Shown: one piece after another, positions 12,805 to 26,295 of the stretch
Position numbering within the stretch: the stretch's first letter is position 1
Layout: each line of letters begins with the position of its first letter
Assembly (NCBI GenBank): GCA_030390025.1
Contig: CM059431.1
Location: 155,684,001 to 155,748,000, forward strand
Direction: 5' to 3'
Origin: Squalus acanthias
Lineage: Eukaryota
Length of the DNA: 64,000 nt
Position numbers and translations under genes: made by a program
Notes under the pieces: model-generated
What the model was told of the DNA's origin: nothing
The model's input: only the letters and a program-made list of their open reading frames with translations
Database searches by the model: none

Positions 12805-15160
12805 ATTCAGAGAGTCATAGAGTTATACAGCACAAAAAGAGGGCCTTCGGCCCATCATACGTACGCCGGCCATCAAGCCCAGTATATTCTAATACCTTTT
12901 TCCAGCATTTGGGCCGTAGCCATGTATGCTATGGCGTTTCAAGTGCTCAACTAAATGCTTCTTGAATGTTGTGAGGGTTCCTGCCTGTAGCAAACTTTCA
13001 GGAAATTAGTTCCTGATTCCAAACACCCTCTGGGTGAAAAGGTTTTATCTCAAATCACCTCTAAACCTCCTGCCCCTTACCTTGAAACTATGCCCCCTGG
13101 TTCGTGATCCCTCTAATAAGGGGAAACGTTCCTTTCTATCTATCATATCTATGCCCCTCATAATTTTGTACACATCAATCAGGTCCCCCCCCAGCCTTCT
13201 CTGCTCTAAGGAAAACAAGCCCAGCCTGTCCAGTCGCTCTTCATAGCTGAAGCGCTCCAGCCCAGATAACATCCTGGTGAATCTCCTCTGCACCCTCTCC
13301 AATGCAATCACATCCTTCCTATAGTGTGGCGACCAGAACTGCACGCAGTATTCCAGCTGTGGTCTATCTAACGTTTGGACAGCTCCATGATAACCTCCCT
13401 GCTCTTATATTCTATGCCTCGGCTAATGAAGGCAAGTATCCAATATGCCTTTTTAACCACCTTATCTACCTGTCCTGCTGCCTTCAGGGATCTATGTACA
13501 TGTACACCAAGGTCCCTCTGATCATCTGTCCTTCGTAGGATCCAACCATTCATTGTTTATTCCCTAGCCTTATTTGCCCTCCCAAAATGCATCACCTCAC
13601 ACTTTTCAGGGGCAAATTACATTTGCCACTGTTGTGCCCATCTGACCATCCCGTCCATATCGTCCTGTAGCCTCAGGCTTCCCTACTCGCTATTTACCAT
13701 TCCACCCATATTTGTGTCATCTGCGAATTTACTGATCATAACTACTACATTCATATCTAAATCTTTAATGGGCACAAAAAGACAGTAAAGGACCCAGCAC
13801 CGATCCCTGCGGTACTGCACTGGACACAGGCTTCCAGTCACAAAAACAACCTTCCACCATTCAGTCACTAAGCCAATTTTGGATCCAATGAGACAAATTG
13901 CCCTGAATCCCATGGGCTCTTACCTTCTTGATCAGTCTCCCGCGTGGGACTTTTTCAAAAGCCTTACTGAAGTCCATGTAGACTACATCAACTGCACGAC
14001 CCTAATCCACACACCCAGTCACCCCCTCGAAAAATTCAATAAAATTGGTCAGATATGATTTCCCCCTGACAAAGCCATGCTGACTATCCCTGGTTAATCA
14101 CTGCCTCTCCAAGTGTAGACTTATTCTGTCCCTCAGAATATTTCCAATAATTTCCCTACCACTGATGTTAGGCTCACTGGCTTGTAATTCCCTGGTTTAT
14201 TCCTACTACCGTTCTTGAATAATGGTACTACGTTCGCTGTTCTCCAGTCCTCTGGCACAACTCCTGTGGCCAGAGAGGATCTTAAAATTTGTGTCAGAGC
14301 CCCTGAAATCTCCTCCCTCGCCTTACATAGTAGCATGGGATACATCCCATCAGAGCCTGGTGATTTATCCACTTTCATTCCGGCTGGAACCGCTAGTACC
14401 TCCTCCCTCTCAAGACTAAGCTGTTCAAGTATATCACAATCCCCCTGCCTGATTTCTATGCTTATATCACCGTTCTCCATGGTGAACACAGATTCAAAAT
14501 ATTCATTTAAAACCTCACCTACATCTTTCGGCTCTCCACACAGATTGCCAATTTAGTCCCTAATGGGCACTACTTTTTCCCTGGTTATCCTCTTGCCCTT
14601 AATATACTCACAAAACAATTTGGGATTTTCCTTTATTTTGCACGCCAGTGTTTTTTCATGCCCCCTCTTCGCTCTCCTATTTTTTTTGAGTACCCCCGTG
14701 CTTTTTCTAAACTCCTCCAGGGCTTCCACTGTTTTCAGTCCTTAGTATCTGCCAAAATCCTCCTTTTTTCCGAATCCATTCTTGTATATCGCCGCTTGAC
14801 ATCCAGGGTTCCCTGTACTTGTTGGTCCCACCCTTGACGTTTCCGGGAACATGTTGGCGTTGTACTCTCTCTAATTCCTTTCTGAAAGGCTTCCATTGCT
14901 CTTATGTGGATTTTCCTACAAGTAGCTGATCACAGTCCATTTTGGCCAGATCCTGCGTTATCTTATTAAAATCGGCCTTCCCCCAATAAAGAAAATGTAT
15001 TTCCGGTCCATCTTTGTCCTTTTCCACGACTACCTTAAATTTCAACGAATTATGGTCACTGTCACCAAAATGCTCTCTTCCTGACACTTCTACCACTTGC
15101 CCGGCCACCTTCCCTAGAATTAGGTCCAGTACCGCCCCCTCTCTTGTAGGACTTTCTACT
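12805..15160 (-). mobile_element. 5'-truncated CR1 LINE inserted in the minisatellite
   Basis: ORFs 13045..13344, 13368..13553, 13683..13913 (FADD) and 14133..14489 are CR1 RT fragments; the array resumes on both sides. Confidence 0.92.
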
Positions 15161-18100
15161 CTTACACTCTGTGAAACGAAGGGTACTCTGACACTCTGTG
15201 TAGCCCAGGGAACTCTGACATTCTGTATAGCCCAGGTAACCTGACTCTCTGTATAGCCCAGGGTACACTTACACTCTGTGTCGTACAGTTTACTCTTACA
15301 CTTTGTGTAGCCCAGTTTACTCGGACCCTCTGCATGCACAATCGCACTGGGTACCCTGACTCTTCACTGGCCCAATAGCTTTGATTATTAACTGGCCCTA
15401 TAGACCATGGTGCTCTGACCCTCTACATACCCAAAATTGCCAGGGTACACTGACCCACTACATGTCCAATAGCCTTGGATAGTGTGACCCACTAGAGGGC
15501 CAACAGCCCAAGTACTCTGACACACTTATTGTGAGGGCTAACTGACCCTCTATAGTGCCAATAGCCCATGCTACTGTGTCCCGATAAAGTCCCCAAATCC
15601 CAGGATACTCTGACCAACTTCAAGCCAAATACCCAAGGAACACTGACCCTCTTCATAGCCCAAGGTAAACAGACCGTCTGCAAATTCCAGTATAATCTCT
15701 CCCTCAACAGGGCCAGAAGATCAGGTTACTCTTACCCACTGTATAACGCAGGGTACACTGACCCTCCATAGGCTCATATCTCAGTTTAACTTAAAATTTT
15801 AAATGCCCAATAGATCAGGATACTCTTTCCCGCTTTATAGGTCAGGTACTCTTTCGATTCAATAGCTCAGTTATTCTGACCTTCTACAGAATCAGTAGCG
15901 CAGTCATTCCAACCATCTACATGCCCTATAGCAATTTTAATCTGTCCCCCTTTATACATCAATTTACGCAAATCATTTGCAGGCGCAATAGCTCAGGTAC
16001 TCTGACATTCCACTGGCTGAAAGTTGAGGGAAACCAGATCATCTAAAGGCCCACTATCCTAGTTTCTCTGATGCTTAATGCCCAATATCTCAAGTTCTCT
16101 GACTCGCTGATGCCCAATATCCTAGGTTCTCTGACCCGCTTCACAGCCCAATATCCCAGGCTCTCTGACCCCCTTAATGCCCTATATCTCAGGCTCTCTG
16201 ACTTGCTTAATGCCCAATATCCCAATTCTTCTCAGCGGTGAATGCCCAATTTCTGACTCGCTAAATGCACAATTTCTCAGCGTACTCTACCCTTCTAAAA
16301 TTCCAGTATCCCAGGGTTCGCTTGCCCTCTACAACAACAACATCCCAGTGTTCTCTGATCCTATACAGATTCAATATGCAATGATATTCTGATCCTTTAT
16401 TGTCCAAATATCCCATTGCTCACTGATCCTCTACAGATTCAATAGCCAAGGATAATCAGAGCCTTTATTGTCCCAATGTCACATTGTCCTCTGCCCCTCT
16501 ACATATTCAATACACAATTTATTCGGGCTTCCACAGATTCAATAGCTCAGGGTACTATGAACCTCTTCAGGCCCAATATCCCAGATTACTCTTACCGACA
16601 CAGGCTCAATTGGCCGGTATTCTGGCGCTCTACGGACTCAATCGCTCAGTGTAGTCTGAATCACTTTAGGCCCAATAGCCCGGTGAACTGTGACCCTCTT
16701 CATTCCACAAGTTACTGTGACCCTCTTCAAATCTCAGGGTACCACGATAAATAGCTCACCTTAATCACACGCTCTGCATCGCCCATTGTGCTCTCGCCCT
16801 GTACAAGCCCAATAGACAAGGTACTCTGACAATATGTATATGTCATGGTACTGTGAAACTCTACAGTCTCAAAAGCCAAAGTTACGCTGCGCCTCTGAAG
16901 ACCTAATATCCCAGAGTAATCTGAAACAACACAGGCTCAATAGCTCAGCGTACTCTGACCTTCTACTGTCTCAATAGCCCAGGGCACTTTGACACTAAAA
17001 GCCCAGGAGCCCAGGGTTCTCTGCCCCGCTATGGACACAGTAGCCCAGGGTACTTTGATGCTCTAAAGGTCCAATAGGCTACGGTAATTTGGGACTATAA
17101 TGACACAATAGCCCAGGGAATGTTGACCCTGTAATGGCCCAATATCCAAGCGTACTTTGATCCTCTAAATACTCAGTAACCCAGGTACTCTGAACCTACT
17201 AATACCCAAGGGACGAGGACTCGTTATAGTTAAAATAGCCCATCAACTCTGACCATCTACAGGTAATCGCCAAGGGTGCACTGAACCTCTAAATGCCGAA
17301 TATCCCAGGGTACTATGACCCATTAGAAGCCCAATACTTCGTAACACTCTGAGCCACCAAAGTCTCAATAGTCCAGGTTACTTTGACCCTTTGCATAGCC
17401 GTGTGTAATCTGACTCTTTACATTCCCAACAGCTCTTCTTCGCTGATTTTCTACAGACTCAATAGCTGACGGAAATCTAGTTCACTCAATTTACAAGGGT
17501 ACTCTGTACATCTAGGGACTCATTAGCACAGTGTATTCTGACCGACTGCAGGCCCAATAGACTAGGGTACACTGACTCTCTACAAACTCAATAGCCAAGA
17601 TGTTCTGACCCTCTACAGGGCATATATCCCATGTACTTTGACCCTCTGTATAATCTAGGGTACTTTGATACTCTACAGGCCCAATCACCCAGCGTACTCT
17701 GAAGCTTTATCGGCCCAATAGCCCAGGATAATCTGAGAGTTTCCTTAGACAATAGCCCAGGGTATTCTGACCCTCTAAAGATTCAATAGGAAACGAATGC
17801 TGACCCATCAAAGCATCAGTAGCGCAGGTATTCTAGCCATCTGCACGTTCAATAGCTATGTTGTCTGAACCGCCTTATAGTTAGGTGTACTCTGGTCCTT
17901 TACAGATTACGATGACGGAAACTCCGAAGTCAGCTCAGGTACTCTAGTTTTCCAGATTCTCTCTCTCTCCAAACGTCCAATATCACTATAATCTTATCTA
18001 CAGTAAAGCTCATGTTATTCTGATCCTCTGCATAGCCAAGGGTACCCAGAAACACTACAGACAAAATATAGCAAGGATCCATGTCCTTCTGCAAGCCCAA

Positions 18101-18660
18101 TATCCCAGAGTGCTCTGACACTCTGTAGACCCAATATCCCAGATTACCTGTCTCTCGACATTCCCTAGCACAAAGTATTCTGAAGCTTTTTTGGTCCAAA
18201 AGCCTCGGGTACTTTGACCATCTACCAATCTAATTCTGCAGGACTCTCTGGCCCTCTACGGACTCAAAAGCCCACTTATTCTGACCCTATACAAACCCAA
18301 TTTCCCGGGGTACTCCGACAATCTACGTTACCCAAGTAACCCTGACCCTCTACAGACTCAATAATCCAGGAGCTCTAACCCTCTAAATGTCCAATAGTAC
18401 AGTATACACTAATGCTTCACAGATTCAATTGCACAGGAGCATTCTGACCTAGCACACGTTACAGTGCCCCTCTGCTTGCCAAATACCCAAAGTGCTCTTA
18501 ACTTCTGCATTGCCCACTGTACTGTGACATTCTACTGGCCCTATTGTTCAAGGTAATCTAACCGTCTGCAGGTCCAATAACTCAATAATCTGACCTTTTG
18601 CAGGATCAACAGCTGTGGGAACTCAGATCCTCTAAAAGGCCCAATGTCACAGAGAAATAG
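15160..18660 (+). repeat. Degenerate minisatellite, segment 3 (~3.5 kb, mostly ~33-35-bp units)
   Basis: Consensus ~CCCAATAGCCCAGGGTACTCTGACCCTCTACAGG; 33-bp period visible at 16080-16230. Confidence 0.85.
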
Positions 18661-18679
18661 GGCCATAGTACAAACAAAT

Positions 18680-20045
18680 GTTATGATGTCTAACAATGTT
18701 ATAAATACAAATCTATAGGAACTGTTTCTGAATCCACGAAGCATTCGTAATACGGTAGACGAATTAACAGCGCAAGTAGATGTAAACAGATATGATATAA
18801 TTGCAATTACGGAGACATGGCTGCAGGGCGACGAAGGATGGGAGCTGAATATCCAAGGATATTAAATATTTAGGAAGGACAGGGAAAAAGAAAAATGAGG
18901 TGAGGTGGCGTTGTTCGTAAAGGATGAAATCAGAGCAATAGTGAGAAAGGATATTGGCTCAGAAGATCAAGATGTGAAATAAGTCTGGGTGGAGCTAAGA
19001 AGACACAAGGGGCAGAAAACATTGCTGAGAGTTGTCTATAGACCTCAACACAGTAGTGGTAATGTAGGGGATGGCATCAAACCGGAAATTAGAGATGCAT
19101 GTATCAAGGGTACTATAGTTATCATGGGTGACTACAATCTACATATGGACTGGCAAAACCAAATTAGCATTAATACTGTGGAGGATGAATTCCTGAAGTG
19201 TGTCCGACACGTTTTTTAAGACCAGTACTTTGAGGAGCCAACGAGGGAACAGGCTATCTTAGATAGTGTATTGTGCAATGAGAAGGGGTTAATTAATAAT
19301 CTTGTTGTGCGGGTTCCTTTAGGGAAGAGTGACCATAACATGTAGAATTCTTCATTAAGATGGAAACTGAAGAAGTCCAATCCGAAACTAGGGTCCTATA
19401 TCTAAACAAAGGAAACTACGAAGGTATGAGGAGAGAGTTGGCTTCGATAGATTGAGGAGCTTCATTAAAAGGCATGACGGTGGATAGGCAATAACCAACA
19501 TTTAAGGAACGAATGCAGGAATTGCAACTGTTATACATTCCTTTCTGGTGCAAAAACACAAAAAGAATAGCGGCCCAACCATGGATAACAAAATAAATTA
19601 AGGATAGTATTAGATCCAAAGATGGGTCATATAAATTTGTCAGGAAAGCTAGCAAGCTTAAGGATTGGGAGCAGTTTAGATTCAGTAAAAAAGGCCAAAG
19701 AGATTGATTAAGAGGGGAAAAATAGTGAATGAGAGTAAACTTGCAAGGAACATAAAAGCGGACTGTAAAAGCTACTACAAGTATGTAAAAAGAAATAGTT
19801 TAGTGAAGACAAATGTTGGTCCCTTACAGTCAGAAGCGGGATAATTTATAATGGGGAACAAGGAAATGGCTGAGCAATTAAACAAATACTTTGGTTCTGT
19901 CATCACGGAAGAGGAAACAAAAAACTTTGAGAATGCTAGGGAATCAAGCTTCTAGTGAGAAGGAGCAATTAAAGGAAATTATTATTAGTAAAAAAAACTA
20001 GTGCTGTAGAAATTAATGGGAATGGAAGCTGGTAAATCACCAGGG
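18680..20045 (+). mobile_element. CR1 LINE fragment (endonuclease region)
   Basis: IAITETWL-coding sequence, VVYRP, IMGDYN, SDHN motifs; multiple stops. Confidence 0.85.
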
Positions 20046-20049
20046 AAAC

Positions 20050-20800
20050 CGAAAATAATTAAAGGGGAGAAAATTACTGTAATTTTGATACTGTTGCGAG
20101 TTGAAAAAGCGTTAGTTATAATCTTTCATAGCTCCGCTGATTCAGGAATTGTGCTATTAGACTGGAAATTCCTATCGTCACCCAATTATTTAATATGGGT
20201 GATAAAGAGAAACAAGGTAACTTTAGGCTTGCCAGTTTTACGACCGTTCAGGGAAAGTTACACAGATCGGTCATTAAGGAAAGTGTGACTGAGCACTTGA
20301 GCACATATGAGTTGGTTAGAGACAGCCAACATGTATTTGTTAAAACAAAATCTTCTCTGACAATTCTAGTTGACGATAAAAAGTAGACTACTATAAAGGT
20401 ATATAAAGGTATGTCAACAGTTGCTATCTATGGGCACCACTTGCAGAAGGCATTCGGTAAGGCTCCAGACAGAATGTATATGACAAAAATTATAGCACAT
20501 GTAATTGAAGGCAGCCTTTGAAGTTTTGTAGAAATTGGAAGGGAGTTCGGAGGCAAAATGTGGATCAATGCTATTTACTGAGATTGTTAGGTTGTTGATG
20601 GGTGACCTGAAAGAGGTGGTTAAAATGTTAATAGTTTTCTATAGGCGAGATAGATTGAAACTATCTCCTCTGATGGGAGAATCAAGATCAGGGGATATAC
20701 TTTTACCATAGAATGAATCCCTAAACTAGTGAAACTACAAAGTAGACAAAGTAAAACAAGGTGAATTTTGAACATGGAGATGAGAAATTTAACAAAAAAG
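20050..20800 (+). mobile_element. Very old CR1 RT fragment shared by both duplication arms
   Basis: ORF 20195..20386 (RDSQHVFVK); reverse-complement match to 31740-31880. Confidence 0.7.
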
Positions 20801-21149
20801 TTTATTGAGTAGCAAATATAGCCAGCTGCCGATTCGTTATTATAGGTCGAATTTCTCGAGTCTGTAGCCGTATTCAGTGAAGATAAAATTGGATTGGCCA
20901 TGCAGGTGTACTGGATTATGCACGTATTAGTGAGGCGCTGCAGCATTTAGACTAGCTCTGATGTATCGTTTGTAGTGGATTGGGATTTCGATATGCAGCA
21001 GGATGGTGAAGGTATCACGGAAGGTAATGAGACATATGGCAGTTGAAACGGAAAGGAGAGTGAGAATCAGATCTAGAAAAGGAAGGCGACATAATGTGAT
21101 CAAGATTGGGAACGGAGTAGGAGGAAAAGAAGGGCAAATGTCAATTAGT

Positions 21150-21780
21150 TTTATTCGTTTTATAAGGGATGTGGGCGTCGCTGGGAAGGCCAGCATTTAT
21201 TGACCATCCCTAATTGCCCTAGCGGTGGTGAGCCGCCTTCCTGAACCGCTGCAGTCCGTGTGGTGAAGGTTCTCATACAGTGCTGTTAAGTAGGATCTTC
21301 CAGGATTTTGACACAGCGACGATGAAGGATTGGCGATATACTTCTATTTCAGGGTGGTGTGTTACCTGGAGGGGAACTTGGATGTGGTGGTGTTCCCATG
21401 CGCCTGCTGCCCCTGTCCGTCTAGCTAGAAGAGATCGCGGGTTTGGGAGGTGCTGCCGAAGAAGACTTGGTGTGTTGCTGCATTGCATCTTGTAGATGGG
21501 ATACACTGCAGCCACGGTACGAAGGAGGGGGAGGAAATGAATGTCTAAGGTGGTGGATGGGGGGCCAATCAGACGTGCTGCTTTGTCCTGGATGATGTTG
21601 AGCTTCTTCAGTGTTGTTGGAACTGCACTCATCCAGGCAAGTGGAGTGTATTACATCACAACCCCACGACAACGCTGCAGGAGATCCTCAGCTCGGTGTC
21701 CAAGGACCAACCATCTTCAGTTCCTTCTTCAATGATATTCCCTCCAACATAAGGACCGAAATGGGGATGTTCGCTCATGA
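21150..21780 (-). mobile_element. CR1-clade LINE 3' fragment with short inverted 5' piece (second LINE family)
   Basis: ORF 21273..21632 nearly identical to ORF 27125..27625; 21660-21780 is in the opposite orientation. Confidence 0.75.
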
Positions 21781-22415
21781 ATGATTGCTGCAGCTGGGGG
21801 AAAGAATACAATATTATCAGAGAGATGGGTTGAAGTAACTTTATAGAGCTGGAGGCCCTTAAATATGTTGGGGAAATTCAAGCTTGGAGCAGCTAGTTAA
21901 ATGCATTTGCTAATTTGTAAATCGATTCAATGTTCTGAGTTGCTCAGTCTCACAATAAATTGAATCCGTTGCCATACTCTGAAAGGAAAGATGAAATTCA
22001 AATGTGAGAGTGAAGCTCTAGGCCTGTGAGAGAGACAGGGAGCTGGGAGTAGAGTCCCCGATCAATGAAACCGAAATTTCGTTAGTTTGTCGCAGACATT
22101 TGCTGATTCATTTCTAGTTAATGAAACCCGCACTCTGATTCTCCTCATTGTGAACATCCTGATTAAGGCCCACACTTGTACTGCAGACTCTCATCAGGAT
22201 TGTATAATCATTGTTCTGTTGCTAATAGGAAAATAAGCTTTGACGGCAATTGTACAAATTTAGGGCAATAAGGATCACATTAACATTATAACGGCCTCAT
22301 CCTGAGAATAATAGAGCCGGGATCCGAATGAAGTTCAATTACTCCGAGTTAGAATCGGGACAAAGAAACAACCAATGATCGAAAAGGAAGATATTTCCAA
22401 ACCAATACGGCCTGT

Positions 22416-23158
22416 GAACCATATATTCCGCTCCCATCGGGTTGTACCGCTAAGTGCACACACGTAGGGTCACCGGAAATGCCGGTTTCAGGCACGCCAA
22501 GCGCATGCGCTGAAAACCGGCATTTCCGATCGGTCAACAATGCACTTGATATATCGGAAGCCTGCCCTGGAGAAGGGCCTCTGCGGGCGGATAGTTCCGC
22601 TTTTTGGAGAACCTTCGCCCGCAGAAAACCCTTAGAAATCATACGCCTGGTAAAAGCAGGCGTAAGGCCTGCTTTTACCAGCATAAAATTGAAAAAGTAA
22701 GAGCAAAAATTCATTTAACTCATTTATCATTTTGAAATACTTTAAAAAAGGTAAGTCTAAGTAAAAAAAGTAATTATGCTTTTACAAAAAAAATATTTTT
22801 TGTCTAAAATATTTAATTTATTGTAATTACAAGTCATTTAAAAAATGTGATGCTTTTTAAAAAAAATATATAATGTTTTATAATGTTTTTGGGGTGCTCT
22901 TCTTTCATATATTCGACAGACTATCGTTCAAGTGTATGAAGGGCGATTCCCTTCTCCTATTGGCACCCCATGGCCCACGTGATCCCAGGGGCGCTTGTGA
23001 ACTGCATGTGCCTCTGGGATATATGCCTTGCGCACTTCGAGTTGCGGAGGCCAGGAACGGAAGTACATACACTTCGGGAGCCCTCATGTAAGCCCGTAGA
23101 TTTTTTCCAGATCGGAGGCCTCCGCACGCAGGAAGCCTCCGATCGGAAAGTACGGGAC
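22416..23158 (-). mobile_element. MITE family A at the inner edge of the left arm
   Basis: Full set of internal hairpins (perfect 15-bp stem 22647-22681); ends GATCGGAAAGTACGGGAC|aat. Confidence 0.82.
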
Positions 23159-23159
23159 A

Positions 23160-23520
23160 ATATTGTAGCTGCGACCTGATCAGTATTTCATAAAGATTTA
23201 GCATAACTTCCTTGATTTTGTACACTATGTATTTAATAATAAAGTCAAGAATATCATATGCATTTGCAGCATCCTTCTCAAATTATTCTGCCATATTCAA
23301 ATATTTTTCCACATACGAACCCAGGTCTCTCTTTCCTGCAGCCCCAATACAATGGTACAATTAAGTTTATATTGCCTCTCCTCCTTACCTATAACAAAAT
23401 ATATTGATTCACACTTTTCTGCGTGAAATTTCATCTGCTATGTTTCTGTTCGTCTGCAATTTGTTAATGTCCTCCAGGAGTCTGTTAACATCTTCCACAT
23501 TGTTTAAAAAAAATTAGTAA
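23160..23520 (-). mobile_element. Degraded CR1 RT fragment
   Basis: KEVMLNLYEILIRSQLQYC at the start of ORF 22905..23225. Confidence 0.65.
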
Positions 23521-25235
23521 TTTCATATAACTGATCAGTTGGACATGATAGCGCAAGATGAAATTAGTAATCATATAATCGCATTTAAAATAAAAAAGTG
23601 GAGAAATATTAATTAAACTAATCAAAGCCCATACGGATGAAACTCATCGACCAAAAGGATTGCAATTTAGGGAAAATAGCAGAGGAAAGGTGTAGTGCCT
23701 GAGGACTAGCGGATAGCAAATGTTATACGTATATTTAAGAAAGGAGATATAAAATATAAAGGCAAAAACAGAGTAGTCAGCGTAACATCGGTAGTAGGAA
23801 AGATAATGGATTCCCTATTATCGGTGAAAATAGAAAAAAAAATATCGAAACCAAAGATATAATAATGAATAGTCAGCATGGATTTCGAAACGTGCATCGC
23901 TACTTTTAATGATTTGTGTAATGGAGCTCCCAGATCCCTTTGCTCCTCTACCCTAGATATTTGCTTTCCAAGTAACCTATGAACCCCGAGCTTGACAAAC
24001 CTCGTTGAATCCATCAAAGAGGGAAAAGAGAGAATAGACTAGGGTATTGTAGTAGACGGAACAGATGCAGATTTCCAAAAGGCCATCAGTAAGATACCAC
24101 ATAATAGAATGAGGTCAGATCATGTGCAGTCAGGTGAAAATAAGCAGAATGGATAGCTAGATGGCTGAAAGACAGACAACAAAGAGTAGAGGTAAAGGAC
24201 AGCTATTCCGAACGGCAGAAGTTGGGAAGTGGGTTCCCAAAAGGATCAGTGCTGGAACCACAGTTGTTCACAATTTATATAAACGATTTAGACGTTTGGA
24301 TCAAGAAGATAATCTTCAAATTTTCCGAGGAAACCATACTCCATTGGGCGAGATTCAATATTGAGAACGACTGCAACAAATTACATTAATACATCAGTAA
24401 ACTTGTAAAACGGGAATATATAATTGAGAAATGATTTTCAACATAGATAAGTGTATTACGTTTTTGAAAGAAATATAAAGCGTTTCATAGGTTACTTGGA
24501 AAGTAAAAATCACGGGTAGAGGAGCAAAGGGATCTGGGAGCGCCATTACACAAATCACTAAAAGTAGCGATGCAGGTTAGTAAGGCCATACAAAAGCAAA
24601 CCAATTAGAAGGGTTATTTTTCTAGAGGGAAAATTTGAAATGCAGAGAAGTTGTGCTAAACAGTATTGAAACATGGAGTACAGTTTACAGTTCTGGTCGC
24701 CATATTATAAAAAAGAATGTAGAGGAACTGGAGCGGGTGCAAGACAGATTTACAATGATGATACCAGAAGTATGAGTCTTTATCTACCAGGAAAGAATGA
24801 ACATGTTGGATGTGATTTCCATTCAAAAAAGAAGTCTGAGGATTACCTAATAGACGTCTTTAAAATTATGAAAGGTTTTGATAGAGTGGATGCAGAGAGA
24901 GTGTTTCCACTTGTGGGAAAGAAAAAACTAGAGCCCATTAATATAAGATAATCACCAAGGAATCAAACAGGGATTTCAGATGAAACTTCTTTACCCAACG
25001 GCGGTAAGAATGTGGAACACTCTACCACAGGGAGTAGTTCAGGCGAATAGTATATATGCGATTAAGGGGAAGCAAGATAAGCATACGAGGGAGAAGAACA
25101 TAGAGGATCATGCTGATAGATTTAGATGAGGAAAGATGGGAGAGGGCACGAGTGGTGCATTAAACGCGGGCATGGACTGGTTGGGCCGAATGGCCTTATT
25201 CTGTGCTGCATATTCTATGTATTCAATGAATTTAT
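23520..25235 (+). mobile_element. Degraded CR1 LINE (RT to 3' tail) in the duplication spacer
   Basis: EYSLQFWSPYYKK, DVFKIMKGFDRVD; tail GGGCCGAATGGCCT..TTCTATGTATTC. Confidence 0.85.
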
Positions 25236-25466
25236 CGAACGATAGATTAGTACAGGAAGCAAGGGTTAACTACCGCTGTTAGATTATTGTTATCAAATAG
25301 CAGTTGGAGTGGCACAGCGAACGTTCTGAGTTCAAACTATGTATGTATTTATCTTCTCTTTCGATGATTAGCTGTTTCTTTGTTTCGTTTCTAACGCTGA
25401 GTAAATGAATTACATTCGGATCACTGCTCTATTATCCTCAGTATGAGACCCTTTATAATGCTAATG

Positions 25467-26295
25467 TACATAGATACATAGATACATAGAAGATAGGAGC
25501 AGGAGTAGGCCATCCGGCCCTTCGAGCCTGCTCCGCCATTTAATGAGATCATGGCTGATCCTCCAATTCAGTATCCCGTCCCCGCCTTCTCTCCATAACC
25601 CTTAACCCCTTTTGCCTGTAGAAATATATCTAATTCCCTCTTAAATATATTTAATGAGCTGGCGTACACTGCCCTCTGTGGCAATGAGTTCCACAGTTTC
25701 ACCACCCTCTGAGTGAAGAAATTCCCCCTCATTTCTGTCCTAAATGGTTTAGCCCTTATCCTTAAATTATGTCCTCTAGTTCTGTTCTCACCCGCCAAGG
25801 GAAATATTCCTTCTGCATCTAGTCTGTCTAGACCTGTCAGAATTTTATACACTTCTATGAGGTCCCCTCTCAATCTTCTAAACTCCAGTGTGTACATCCC
25901 TAAACTACATAGTCTCTCCTCATAGGTCAATCCCGCCATTCCTGGTATCAGCCTGGTGAATCGCCGCTGCACCCCCTCCATGGCAAGAACATCTTTCCTC
26001 AGATGAGGCGACCAAAACTGTACACAGTACTCGAGGTGTGGTCTCACCAGTGCCCTGTACAGCTGCAGCAAGGTATCCCTGTTCCTGTATTCCAACCCTT
26101 TTGCTATGAAGGCCAGCATACCGTTTGCCTTCTTGACCGCCTGTTGCACCTGCATGCTCGCCTTCAGTGACTGGTGTACAAGAACACCCAGGTCTCTCTG
26201 TACTTCCCCCTCTCCCAATTTTTTGCCATTTAAATAATAATTTGCCCTCCCGTTCCTGCACCCAAGGTGGATAACTTCGCACTTGTCCACATTAT
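25467..26295 (-). mobile_element. Young 5'-truncated CR1 with uninterrupted ORF2 C-terminus (240 aa)
   Basis: ORF 25568..26290 (LVRPHLEYCVQFWSP, RRLRGDLIEVYKI, TRGHN); (TACATAGA)n tail; absent from the mirror position ~22280. Confidence 0.93.

Larger units (their letters stand above)
545..22392 (+). repeat. Left arm of ancient inverted segmental duplication
   Basis: Colinear reverse-complement matches to 25351-60570 at many anchors, e.g. 22302-22392 vs 25351-25441 (75/91 identical by eye), 7070-7490 vs 45260-45740, LRR exons, 600-670 vs 60430-60500. Confidence 0.9.

Noticed and set aside
8100..18660. CRISPR-like array
   Set aside because: Units are contiguous and degenerate with no unique spacers; no cas genes; vertebrate context
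22067..22076. ISRE-like GAAACCGAAA (and AGAAACGAAAC on - strand at ~25382-25392)
   Set aside because: Neither motif is conserved at its mirror position, and both lie 3' of the NLR genes; compatible with chance
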